DNA of 64,000 nucleotides from Octopus bimaculoides (taxonomy: Eukaryota): positions 26,082,919 to 26,146,918 of the forward strand of contig NC_068985.1 in assembly GCF_001194135.2 (NCBI RefSeq). Reading direction: 5' to 3'. The notes beneath the pieces were generated by a model. The model saw nothing but the letters and a program-made list of their open reading frames with translations, did not search any database and was not told where the DNA came from. Of this stretch, positions 34,984-48,700 are shown piece after piece. Position numbers and translations under genes: made by a program. Within the stretch, counting starts at the first letter, position 1. Each line of letters opens with the position of its first letter.

Positions 34984-37900
34984 GTAATTAATGTACAAAC
35001 CAAATAAATGATAATAGTTTACATTATTGATTGTAAATATCCCAACATAGCTTGTCTACTTATACATATTTTTCCTGCTAAACGCTGCCTAAAAATACTG
35101 TTCTTCTGAAGATTTACTAGCATTACTATTCCCAGTAGCTTCAGTGAAATCGACATGCTGACCACATTTAATTGACGTGGCCATAAATTCGGGGGCCTAT
35201 TTTAGTATTCTTCTAATAGGAATATGAAACACCCACTTTATGTTCAACTAGTATATTCTTGTAATCTGTTTTGGGCACATTATAAAGATAACTAAAGCAT
35301 TTATGCATTCAGATACTTCTTAGCTAATACATTTAAATTTTATTTTTAAAGGCATCTGAACGATTTTCTTTTGTCGTTTCTTTTTTAATGTCAAACTACT
35401 ATTATTTTTAGTTAAGAAAAAGTAAGTCCACACACCCATTTGTTCACCGGTAATAAACGTCAGTTTAGTATATTGATTCGTGAATAAATTTGTGGCTTTC
35501 CCTTTTTTAATATATATATATATATATCACATACATTGATGTCTAGATAAACGAAGACCTTATGAATAGTATTCCAATAAACATTTTAGACTGGCATAAG
35601 TATTTTAATACCTGGTTTGGGATTAAAAGTCATTTTTACCCCCAAAAGCATATTAGCCACCCCGTCCTTAGAACCTTTCATGATTGAAATTCTTCAATTT
35701 CAGGTACATGTGTTGAAATGTAAGAATTATACACGATATATTTTTTCCTCAGATACTGTGAAATAGTTTCTGAATAACGCTAAGTAAAATACATAATGCG
35801 TTACAGAAAATAGCTCTTGGACTAGTTGACTCTAGGTAATTTTAACACGATTTAATGCAACTATTGTTTTATATTCGCCAAAGTATGGTGACCTAGCTCG
35901 ATCATGAAAGACCACCTGACAATTCCTGAAGTGCTTTTGTTACCCAAGCATTTTTTTTTTTATAAACCCAAATGTAATTTAAAGAATTAATCGTCGACAA
36001 TTTAAACAGAATAATTCCGAAGGGGCAATTTTCAGATGTCTGAACTTGGGTTGTATAGATGTTAAAATTGTAACGTCATCTCGTTTTATATATATACGTG
36101 TAACTAAGAATAGTATGTTCAATTTGAAACCGTGGGTTTATTTTGTATTCCATAAGGTAGCCATTTGTATCCATATATTTCGATTTTCGTCTCTTTCCTT
36201 CTTAGTAATAAATGACCATTTTAAGAATTAAAACTGCAATCGCCACATTATTTTATTTAAAAAATATTATAAGTAAAGTAAATCACTTGAATTTATAGCT
36301 GTAGCAGAATGTTGTGTATTTTTAGTGTGATAAATTTAAATTGCTCCCATATTTAATATTGAAAAGTAATTCTTTATGCAGTCTGCAGTTTTTAATTATG
36401 TTGTTTGCATATATTAAATGTTTCCTTTTCCATGGTTTCCGCTGTCTCAACAAGTAATTGTTTAACTTAAAAGTCAAAAAATATAATCTCATGAAGAAGC
36501 TACCATCTGGTCTCGTGTTATATTAGCCTTGCCGAAATATTCCCATCGTGCTTGTGGCAGCCTTTTTTATTCTCTCTCAGAATTAAATTGATATATCAAG
36601 TTTTTGTATAGATTGTCGATTTTCATTTCTACAGCATAAATCGCTTCAATATTTAAAACTCATCTTTTATTGTTGAACGTTACAATGCAGTTTTTTTTTT
36701 CCCTCTGATGAATGCATGTGTTATCAAGAAGAAAAAACATCTGGTGATAAATTCACCAATAAATTCAATATTAAATCGGATTTTAATATATTATTTCGAC
36801 ATGGCCTATCGACTCGCATTAGATTTTTTTAAATATTCCCTTAGTTGGGCCGCCAAAAAAGATAACCGTGGGATGGGGGGGGGGCTTTAACGCGGTCGCT
36901 CGACCTACTAGAAATAGCAGTCAAATTTCCTTCAAAACACACCCTGTCTTTTTAAAAGGGGAAACAGACGTGTATCTAACAGGATCTAATCCCAGATATA
37001 TCCTAAACAAAGATGGGATGGTCGCAGCGTGAACGCTTCATGTCTGCTCAGTCAGGGCTAACCTCGGGTTAAACATCTGAATTTTCTGCACCATATATGA
37101 AACTACGGTTGCAAGAACCCAAAATTAGATGCTTTTCGCAATACATTTGTCTAATTATTAATGTTTCAGCTACTATCCTATAATGTCTTAATTGTTCTTT
37201 CTAAATTATATTACTGGGCAATGCCTACTACTGAGATTGCTGTTGTTGACTCAGTTTTTTTTACCAGTCAGCCATTTTCACCTGTAAAACGCCAATAAGC
37301 AAGTGTCCACTCGTGTTAAATTTCCTAGATGATAAATACCTCGGATATCTGCACATATCCAGTACCAATATATTCGGTATCCTTATCTGCTCAACCGTTT
37401 TGCTATCTTAAATGCGATACTACAATATCTATTGTTGATTTGATTTGATTTTTACATTTTATGAATATGTTCCTTGAACTTCAATTCCCATTTTTAAATG
37501 TTGAGCTTATAACCCTTTACACTCGTATCTTTAAAATATTCCGATTAACGTTGGACTTCTGACCTGTCTAATAAAGGAAGGGGATCTGAGTTTCAACCTG
37601 TTTCTTACTTGTCGCTCGCTTATTCTGAGATTGAAATATTTCAAGATGGTAATTCTTTGAGATGTCATCTGTTCGTTTAATTTCATGTGTAATATGACTC
37701 TCTTGTAAACACGTTCTTTTCTGTTATTTTCATTGATATAATAGTGAAGAATGTAACAGTTTACTTTTAGATTGATTAATAGTCAGCTTCATGAATACCC
37801 ATTTTCGTAGACACGAAATAACATTCAAAGTAATGTTTATAACCCTAAGCTAGAACACGAAAGTTACAACTGGTCTAATCAGTCGAGTACTGGATTATCA

Positions 37901-40900
37901 ATCTGTTTCTATTTCATCACCGCTACGTGTTCGTTGCCTATACATTGTCAGTATTCCAGCTTACTTGGCTTCAAATAGGTACCAGTTAGAATAGCAATAG
38001 ATGCACACAATAAAATTGACTGGTATTTCGTTAGTTTACTGAACTACAATGTAACAAAGAAAGGAATGAACTGCTCTGTAAAGTTAAAGTGATCCTGAGT
38101 TACAATATAACGGCAAGGTCTTCAATTGTGTGTCCAAGCAAGGTTTTTAGTGGGTTATGTGTCCAGATTGTCTTTGTACCCCATACAATTCGACGCAGCA
38201 GGTATGAGTGTGCAGTAAGGTTCTCAGGCGAAGGTATTGCATAACTGAAACATACATGTTTGTAGTTTGCATTTAGTTATTCAGTCGACTATTTGCATGG
38301 AATAGGACTGCTTGATTAGATCTCATTTGGGGGTTAGATTCCAATAGATATAACATTATCATTGCTATAAATACTGTGTAGGTGGTAAGAAGTTTGTTTC
38401 CCAAACACGTGGCTTTTTGGTTCAATCCCAGTTGTGGTACCTTGAGCAAATGCCTTCTATATTCTGAGGCCAACCAAATCCTTATGAGTGGATATGGTAG
38501 ACGAAAACTGAAGGAAATCTGTTGTATATGTGTGTGTGTGTGTCTGCCTGCCTCCGTTTTAACATAATAATTGTAAATGAATTTTATTGTCATGCAAGCA
38601 ATGCCGTTTGTGTCCAATATTCTGTGGAAACCTGCTTGACCATGAAGTAATATTACTCTACATGGAGACGGGTAAGGGATGGTAATAAAAGTGCATCCAG
38701 TTGTAGAAAAGCTGCCTCAAATTCCATCTGACACATAGAAAAGAGGACATTGAAATGTTGGTAGTTTCTGCTGATATTGGAGATGAGGAAAATTACATAT
38801 TGCAGAGCATATAAATTCACTCTGTATAGTAAAATAGTTCTAACCTTGATATTTGAAAACCAATTTGTAGTTGTAGTCCCTAAATTCAAGTCTAACAAAC
38901 AGATCATCAGAATTTCAACTTAGTTTAGTTTTATTAAGCTTCGGTGTTGTGTATGCTTCTTTTTTTTTTTTTAATACTGTCTCCATGAACGGATAAATAC
39001 TAACTTGCATTGCTGCGTTATAATCTCTCACCTAAGTATAAAGACAAAATTTTGGAGGAGTATAGTTGTTTACATCAACCTTAGTACTTTACTGTTAACC
39101 GATTGATTCTCAGAAGATGAAAGGCAAAGTTTACCTTTGCAGGTTTTGAACATGATATAAAGAGCTAGAACAAATATTGCAAAGCATTTCGTCTGATGCT
39201 CTGTTGATTCTCCAATCCATTCCCCTAACTTTACTGTGTGGTAAGGGTTTGTAGACATCTATATGCTTGACTATAGATATGCCACCAACTTTTTTTTCTT
39301 TTTTTTTTTTTCTAAATTCGATTTGTTTTAATTAATTCAATCATTACCTATGCCAAATTGTTTTAAATTTAATTTTAATAACTTTTGTCATTCATAGATG
39401 ATGAAATGGATGACAGCAATGTTGGTAAGTTTTTTTTGTTTTGTTTCCTTCCCTGCATCCCATAAGATATTTCAGTGGTTTCAAAGACCAAACTTCTTAA
39501 TTTCTTATCAAATTTTTCATTTTGGTAATTCAGTAAACAGGGTGAAATTGATGTAAAGTTTATTTTAGATAGTGAATTGCAACATCACATTAATGAATGA
39601 CATGTTTAATATAAACAATGCTAAATATACTTCGTGTATCTTTATCCAATTATATGCATGTAAACACATAATTGGATTCTGAAGTAGTAATTATCTTTTT
39701 CCAGATTGCTCAGTTTTGAAGCATGAGTAAAAAGAAAACAACAGTTTGTCTATGTATAAAAAATTAACATCTATTTTAATATTGATTGATGGAAAATCTA
39801 TTACTTTAGAGTTAGAATTCAAATCTTAATGCTTGTGAAACATGAACAATAAATACTTAGAATATAAAGAGTATAAAGTTTGGTTGAATTGCAAATTCTG
39901 CAAACCAGAAAATAGGCTGAATGCTAGTGAACTGTGTATAGGTACAATATAAATACAAATGACTGAGCTGAAGGTATGAATAAAATAGATAATGAATACC
40001 AAGAAGATTTGGGACGGGCTTTAACCAACACTTGTCAACTCTAACAACTTTTTATTCATCTTCATTCATTGACATGATTCGTCTTTGCACTAGCTGGTAC
40101 TTTTGGTAAATGTATGAACGACTAACCTTTTCAGATACTGTCTCACTTAAACCACCTATATTACCAAATGCATGACTTGGAGAGTGGGGTAAGTAGGACA
40201 GGACCCATGCCCTCAAGGCCTCTGAGGCTGATAAGCAGAAGCTATTTTCTGGCTGGAGGCTTGGACTTGAATGCTTAGTGTAGAGAGCACTCTACTGATA
40301 ATACCCAATAGTCAAATGGTAGGGTTTAGTGGGCAATGGATTAAATCTTGCTAAAAAATGTCTTGGGAAGTTGGAGGGTGAAATTCAAAATAATTTTGAA
40401 TCCATGTCTTACCTATTTCACTTAGGGTTCTAACTTTCATTAATTTGTGAATTGCTTGCTTGTCTAAATTTTATATTCATATGGGTTATTTTAAGTTTGC
40501 GAATAAAAATTTTGTCTGTGGGATCCCAGGCTTGGTTTTACTTTCTATCATTTGTATTAGGAACAGACATTGATAAAACCATTTTGTATAACCATTTAAT
40601 TTTAATTCTGGATTTAAGGTGAGAGGGTTGAAAACATTTAAAATTCTCATCATCATTAGCTTTAAGCATTTATTTTCAATACTGGCAGGGGTTAGATGGT
40701 TTGTCAAGATCTGACAAGTTGAGGAAGGTGAGGCATATGAATTCATTTTGTATAAAAAAAAAATATTTCTGATGTTACTATCCAAGAACAAGCTTGTAGT
40801 CATGGTCCCTAGATACAGGTCTAACAAACAAAAGATCATCAGGATTTCAGCATAATTGTGCTCCAATGTCTACTTTGGCATGGTTTTTGTGGCTGGATGA

Positions 40901-42304
40901 TCTTCCTAGTGCTAGCCATTTTATAGAGTATACTGGGTCTTTGATCATGGCAGCACTAATGAAGTTGCCAGTTTGGCTGAGCTAAGTTAGTTTTCTGTTT
41001 CCTTCCTCGTATTAGTAAAGTTGGCTTGTCTATTGTTAATTTAGCTCAAAATGAGTAATTGCTTCTGCTATCATTTCTAGAACAAAAATTGTAATGCATA
41101 TGCCACTTTATAGTATTTAACTTGATTTGGAATTTATCAAATGTTTTTACTTTAGATTATCTAAAAATGTTGCTTAATTTCTCTCATTTTGTATAATTTT
41201 TTATTAAATATCTTTTAAGCTGATGACTGGGCTGACAATGTTGAAGATGAAGAGGAAGAAGAAAAGTCAAACAATGCTGTTGAAACAATGGAAGTTGAAA
41301 ATGTTTCCATTAAACCAAAACGGAAAAACAAAGATATAGCAGCACCAAGTGTCAAGAAAGAACATGTAAATGTTATTTTTATAGGTCATGTAGGTAAGTA
41401 TTATAAAAAGTTGTATTTATATTGTATAATTGATCAAATTTAAGTATATTGCAATATTTTCTAAAGTAATAATTTGAGAACCTCTCACTCTTGCTACACA
41501 TATATAGTCTGTGTGTAGATGCAGGCATGACTGCATGGATACGGAGTTCTTTTTGTTAACAAGAGTTCTGTTGCACTAAATGGCACCTTGGGTGTCTTCT
41601 ACTTCAAATTCAAGTTGGCAGGGGCCTTGTAACTGAAATTATTAGATGGAAACTGGACAGAACCTTGTCGTGTGTGTGAGAGGATTTTTACATTCCATGT
41701 CTTTGAATGAAAAGTGTTGATCAAAAAGTGACATTTGTCATTCCTTATTAACATATTGTCCTCTATACTTTCAAAGACAAATGGTGTATAAAAAAAAAAA
41801 TACATCGCTTGGGTATAAAATAGGTAATGGGTAGGATCAGAAAGGATATCTAGCTTGTAAAGCAGCATCTGGGTCATATTCAGCCAATTCATGCTAGCAT
41901 AGAATTGTGGTCATAAAATTAACATTGTGTGTGTGTTCTTTCTTTTCTTACTGGGGTAACCAAGTATCTCCTCTATAGTAAGACATCTATCACTATCCCT
42001 CTGTTTATATTTCAACCTCTCAACCAGCATGAAGCCACCTCCCTCAGTAGTACTACTCCCTCTCCCAACCGAGGGGTCTTTGTCTTGCAAGTTACTTGGT
42101 GGCTGTGCTGGTGCCATGTAAAAAAAAAAACAACACTCAATCCACTCTGTAAAGTGGTTGGCATTAGGAAGGGCATCCAGCTGTAGAAACATTTTCAGAG
42201 CAGACAGTAGAGACTGGTGTGGTTCTCTGGCTTGCCAATTTCTATGAAACCATCCAACTATTGCCAGCATGAAAAGTGAATGTTAACTGATGGTGTGTAT
42301 ATAC

Positions 42305-42352
<48 letters not shown>

Positions 42353-42681
42353 NNNNNNNNNNNNNNNNNNNNNNNNNNNNNNNNNNNNNNNNNNNNNNNN
42401 NNNNNNNNNNNNNNNNNNNNNNNNNNNNNNNNNNNNNNNNNNNNNNNNNNNNNNNNNNNNNNNNNNNNNNNNNNNNNNNNNNNNNNNNNNNNNNNNNNNN
42501 NNNNNTAACATTTCGCTAACATGAGATTATAATTCTTTTAATTATAGACTCAATTGAATTTTTAGGAAGGATTAAAGTAAATATGCTAAATATACCTCGT
42601 TTCTATATTTGGCTTGCAAGATTCTTGATGTGAACTCCTGTTGAAACAGATTTTGATGTATCTCGGTTCATTATGCTAGTA

Positions 42682-42723
<42 letters not shown>

Positions 42724-45700
42724 GCTCTGTTTTACTTTTGTTATTTTTAGTAAATTGGCTAAGTGATTAACCAATATTTATTGTTGGCATAATGACTCTC
42801 CTGAGATACAAGTAAAAATATCTGTTAGCCAAGATATACAGTATTCTTGATACAATAGCATAATTTATGTTGTAAAGGATGCTTAGTAAAATGTATTGCA
42901 TAAATTACCAATTATAATTTGATCATTGAATTTGACTTGGGGGGGGGGGTGATATTATTATCATGGAAAGATTTTGGATTTTAAGTGATATGTAAGGAAA
43001 TGTTGCCAGATATTTCATTGTTTTTATTTAATTTAGCACCTGTAGCTTGTTTAATGCAATGACTATTGTTAGTATAGGTTACTAATAACTTTTGTATTGC
43101 TATCATTTTAATCTCATTAAATTTGTTATTGTAACCATGAGTAATTTTTTTCTTTCATTTCATCTTTTAGATGCTGGAAAATCCACAATTGGTGGTCATA
43201 TAATGTAAGATTTTTGTTTTTATCTTGTTTTCATTGTTGAAAATAGAATGATTTTTATGATATTGGGTATATCTGTATTCATATTAGCAGTTTGGCATTC
43301 TCAACAGATTTTACTATTTCTAGTTATGTAAATTTATTGGTGAAAGGCTTCATAAATGAAGTTAATTTAAAAAATTTTTTTTTAAAAACTGATTTGTAAG
43401 CTAAATTAACTTTGACTTTTTTTTTATATAAATTGAATAGTACTGCAAGTGACATTGAAGAATTTGTGCTTCAGTTGTAAAGGAATGAGAATGAATGTTG
43501 GTATTTATTCTGTAGTAAGGTGTTCAGAATGACTGAAAATTGAAATCCATAAGATGGCTTGAATATAAATGTCAGATATTCAGTATCTTCCAACTACTCA
43601 GAATTTCCACCTCCTGTGTTTATAATTATTTTTATTTTAAACATCAAAATAGCCTCTTTTTTTTTAATTTATACTACACAGGTATTTGACTGGCATGGTG
43701 GACAAAAGAACTCTTGAAAAATATGAAAAAGAAGCTAAAGAAAAGAATAGAGAAACATGGTTAGTTATTTCCTTATTTTTATTATTTGTAATAATTAACC
43801 GCTATAGTAAAAGGTAAAGACTCCCTTCGGTCAAGAAGGGGCACCACAAATTTTGTCAAGGCAAAGGTTGAGAAAGCTTGGCACCAGTGATGTCTCAACT
43901 CATTTCTACAGTAGAGTGAACTGGAGCAACATGAAATAAGTGTCTTGCTCAAGAACACAACACCTAGTCCAGTCCATGAATCAATCTCACAATTGTAAAT
44001 CCGACTCTCTAAACATTGAGTCATGCGCATTCACACAGTTAGCCATTGTATAATAATAATAATAATAATGGATATAGCATAGCCGCTATGACTGAAATAA
44101 GTAGAATACTTTGATAGAATGTCATTTTAATGTCTACTTTCCCATGCTTGTTTGGATCAGGCATGACTTCACTGAAGTAGAATTTTCTACAGCCAGATGC
44201 CTTTCCTGATGTCAAATCTCACCTGTTTCCAAGCAAGGTAATAATTTCCTCAGTTTATCAAACAGCTGGATATACATTCATGGAGGACTGAAAATAAACA
44301 ACACCATTTATATGAAAAATGCTTTGATTACAATCAGTGTAAACAGCTGAATACGCAGTCTCCATAGACACCTGTATACTGGCAGGTTTCTTTAAGTTTC
44401 TGCCAAATTTTACTCAATGAAAACCTAGCAAGCCAAGTGAAATCAGTCCTAGCAGATACTGATGCCACACAACTGGCACATAAAGGCACCCATTACACTT
44501 GGTGTTGTTGGCATTAGGAAGGGCATTCGGCCATAGAAACCATTCCAAATCAGGCTGGAATCTGGTGCAAGCCCTCAGTTTGCCAGCCTTGGTCAAACCG
44601 TCCAAACCATGCCAGTGTGGACAACGGACATTAAATGATGTAGAGGGCACCAACCAATATCATCCACACAGTGGGGTTGATCTAAGCATGATTACAAAGC
44701 AAACTTCTTAGCTACATGGTCATGCCTGCTCTTAACCCTTTAGCATTCAGATTAAATGTAATGCTTATCTATTCACATTGTTTTGAATTAACCATGAATT
44801 ATCTTGTAGTTTCAAGATTCTAATAATGCGGTAGTTTATTTTTAGAAGGGGAGGTGTGCAGGGCCAGTTTGAACATTTTGGGCCAGATATGGCTGGTTTA
44901 AATGCTAAAGGGTTAAATTTATAACTCCTTTTAAATCTAAATGGCTGCTTAATGGTAACCTATTTAAATAGAACAAGTTTATCATTTTTTATTATTAAAG
45001 AACCTTTTTGGAGCTTGACTCAGTTCAGTAATACCATCATCCAGCAATATTCAGTGTTTAGATTGGATTTTGTAAAGAAATATCTTTTATAGAAAAGATC
45101 TTGTACCCTTCATTATGGTTAAACTGAGCATATCAAAAATCACTGAGGTCAAAAGTTGGCAAAATAATCATTCGATGTAGTTATTACAATTGAAGTCTAT
45201 GCTTTATGAAAGACATTTGGTAGGGACATGCTGCCTAGGTAGGCAATGCCTACCTTGAATAAAATGGATCAATAGCAACATTTTCCTTTTTATAGCAAAA
45301 TATGTACCTATTTCAATAAAATTATGAAGGTTATTCGGATTACTGTGCATAAAATGCAAAATATTTTATTTTTTTGTAGATTAGGTAGGCATGATTCACC
45401 CCAGCTTTTCAATCTCAGTATTTAAACTGCACATAGTACTGCTGTAGTACATGTGCTGAGTACACTCCTACAACACTCTTTGCTTTGTGCTATAAAAGCA
45501 GAAGTAAATCTGCCTTCAACTCAGTTGCGCACCTGTGTTTTGCTTATTTTTTGTGTTTTACTACATAAAGGTCACCCACCAACTGCCTACCTGAGTAATT
45601 ACTGACATGAGGTACATATTTCTAAAATGTCTTGTGTGAGCACTTTATTCTGAAATAATTGTTATAAAATTTTATAATGTAATTAAACAGACAAATGTGA

Positions 45701-48700
45701 AATATTCCCCCACTTCCATAGATTTTGCTTCTAGGCTGTACAGGAATCATATCCTTTCTATGAAATATATTGGTTTTTGTTTGTATTTACTACCAAACTC
45801 GCTAAGCAAAATATTACTGTTTTGTGTTTTCTTTTTTCAAAGGTATTTATCCTGGGCTTTGGATACAAATTTAGAGGAACGTGAAAAGGGGAAAACTGTG
45901 GAAGTTGGACGAGCATATTTTGAGACTGAAAAAAAACATTTTACCATTTTAGATGCTCCAGGTCATAAAAGCTTTGTACCAAATATGATTGGTGGTGCTG
46001 CGCAAGCTGATATGGCTATTCTTGTGAGTTTTTCTTTACTTTTTTTCTCTTTCTTCTCTCTTTCTCTCTCTCATAACATTTTGTGATATTTTATTTTATT
46101 TTCATCTTTTAGGTGATTTCTGCCAGAAAGGGTGAATTTGAAACTGGATTTGAAAGGGGTGGACAAACAAGAGAACATGCAATGTTAGCGAAGACAGCTG
46201 GTGTGAAACATTTAGTTGTTCTCATAAATAAAATGGATGACCCAACAGTAGAATGGTCAGAAAAACGGTACAGTAGCTTATTTATGTTGGTAGAGAAAGT
46301 TATTAATGTCTTGAATATTAGCTTCTATTTCATAGCATTCAGTGAAAAAGGAAATGCCAAATGATGGTCACTTTTTGAATCGGTAGAAAAGCTTTGCAAT
46401 TTGGCTTTATCAATCTAATATACATTGAATTTATGAAAAAAGGAATTGTTGCTATGAATGGGTACAGATTTTGTTAAATACTAACCTGATAATCCTGATC
46501 ATATTTAAAGTGTATTTTATTTTTAAAAAATTTAATTACATTTACATTAAACTGAAGTAATATCTTAGTTTTGTGGTAAGAATTTCATTCTATATTTGTG
46601 TAATATTTAGTTGTGCTCCAAACACAAGTTTAATATTTAGGTTTTAAACAAATATTTTGCTGCTTATTCTTTAAATCTTTGGTTACTTGAAAAGTAATTG
46701 GAACCTAGGCAGTGTGTTGTTTGAGATAGGTTAACAAAAAGATTCATTTTACAGCTTCTCATTGCTTTGGATTTTTTTAAGCTTAGGAGATTGTCTTAAT
46801 GAATCTTGGCATGTTTAATATTTTAATTTGTTACCACAACTGTTTCATAGATTTGGAGATACAGGAACTCTTATTAACATGTGTACACTATTTTAATTAT
46901 GATGCACTTGAGTATTTTTGTGAACTGAAAATATAAAGAACTTTAACAAACTAAATTATAAGGGCCAGATGTAATTCCGAAAAATTACAATCCAGTTGGT
47001 AATTAAAGATGTAGAGACTCTTTAATTTCTGTTTACTGTTGATTCTCATGGATTAAAATATCAGTTCTGTTAAGAGTGTAATTCTTGTATGACTAGACCA
47101 GTTTCGTCTGTATTGTCTTTAATGGATCGCAAGAACTTAATTTAGTAGGTTCTTTTTTTTTTTCTTTTTCTTGTAGGTACAATGAATGTCATGATAAGCT
47201 TATACCTTACCTAAGAAAATGTGGCTTTAATCCAAAAACAGATATTTATTTTATGCCAGTGTCAGGATTAACTGGTGCTTTCCTTAAAGATGTAGTATCA
47301 GAAGAAGTGTGTCCATGGTTCCGAGGGCCAGCATTAATCCAATATTTAGATGATATGCCCTCACTAAACAGAGCTTCAGATGGCCCTGTAAGGGTACCAG
47401 TTGTTGATAGATACAAGGTATTATTTTGATTTTTCCCAACCCCCCCCCCAAACTCTCAATTATGTTATATTGGAAAAATGTTCACGATGACTGCAATTAA
47501 AATGGTATAGTTGATTTTTTAGAGGTCAGAATTACTTAATGATGGAGTACTTAAAATACCCAAGTCAAACTGAAATGGTTGTGTGTTAAGCAGTTAAATT
47601 CTAAACCATTATCCGTGGACTTCAGTCCACTATCCTACATACTCCCTATGGAAGCCACTTAATCTCAAACCATCTCTGCTCTCCAAGCCTCCCAATTTCA
47701 TTTATTATATGCAGTGTGTGCCTATATAACGTCTCTCACTTGAACATGAGTGATAAAAACTTCCAGCTGCTCAGGCTCGGATTTTCTTTTCCAGTCTTGT
47801 TTATTTACCATTTCCTAGCCACTAACGGTTGACTGTTTTGTCTCTTAACCCTTTCATTACTATATTTCTGACCAAAATACACCCCTCATGAGTTTCAGTT
47901 AAATTCTAAAATAATCATTAATTTAGACTAGTTTCATTAAACAACTGTAACGTTTTTACTTAACATATTAATGTGAATATTTGGAACATAATGAGTCATC
48001 AGCTAATATTTAATTGGGTATGCAACAACATTTTGATATAGAAGAATTGTGCACATCACTAGATTATCAGTTGAATTTAATGCACAGAACAGGTGTACCA
48101 TAAAGCTAAAATAAACTGAAATATTGGAATTTGTTTTAGAGGAAAACTAGAAAATTAAATACATCAACTAAATGAAATATACTCACACACATACATGAAT
48201 ACATGGGAGCATATATAATAAAGGTTTACAAGTAAAGCTAAGTAAATTTGAAAAATATTTATACAATCTAATTACACATATATACAAGCAATATTCACAC
48301 AATATTTCTATCATAGAAAATTGTAAAACATCCCACTCTACATACTGCAACCTTGCAGAATGCACATTGGAAAGATGTTTCAACTGGCCATCCACTGGGA
48401 GTTTATCTTTGTTGATGTAGACATTCACGGCACTGCCTTTGCGACCCCCGATTTTTTCTAATTTATGTAGATCAGCTGAACTCGGAGGAAGATCTCTCTG
48501 GCAGGCTTTGCATTTCCTTCCTGCAGTTATTTTTTTTGGAGGAATAACCTGCCCTCAACTGCGTTGCTACATCTGCTCGGAACTGCAGATGTCGCATTGC
48601 TTGCGAACCCTCCTGATTTGGTATATAATATAAATGCATTTACAATGCTCATGTTTACTATATACCAAACCAGCTATCGCCACTATTTATTACCCGGTCT

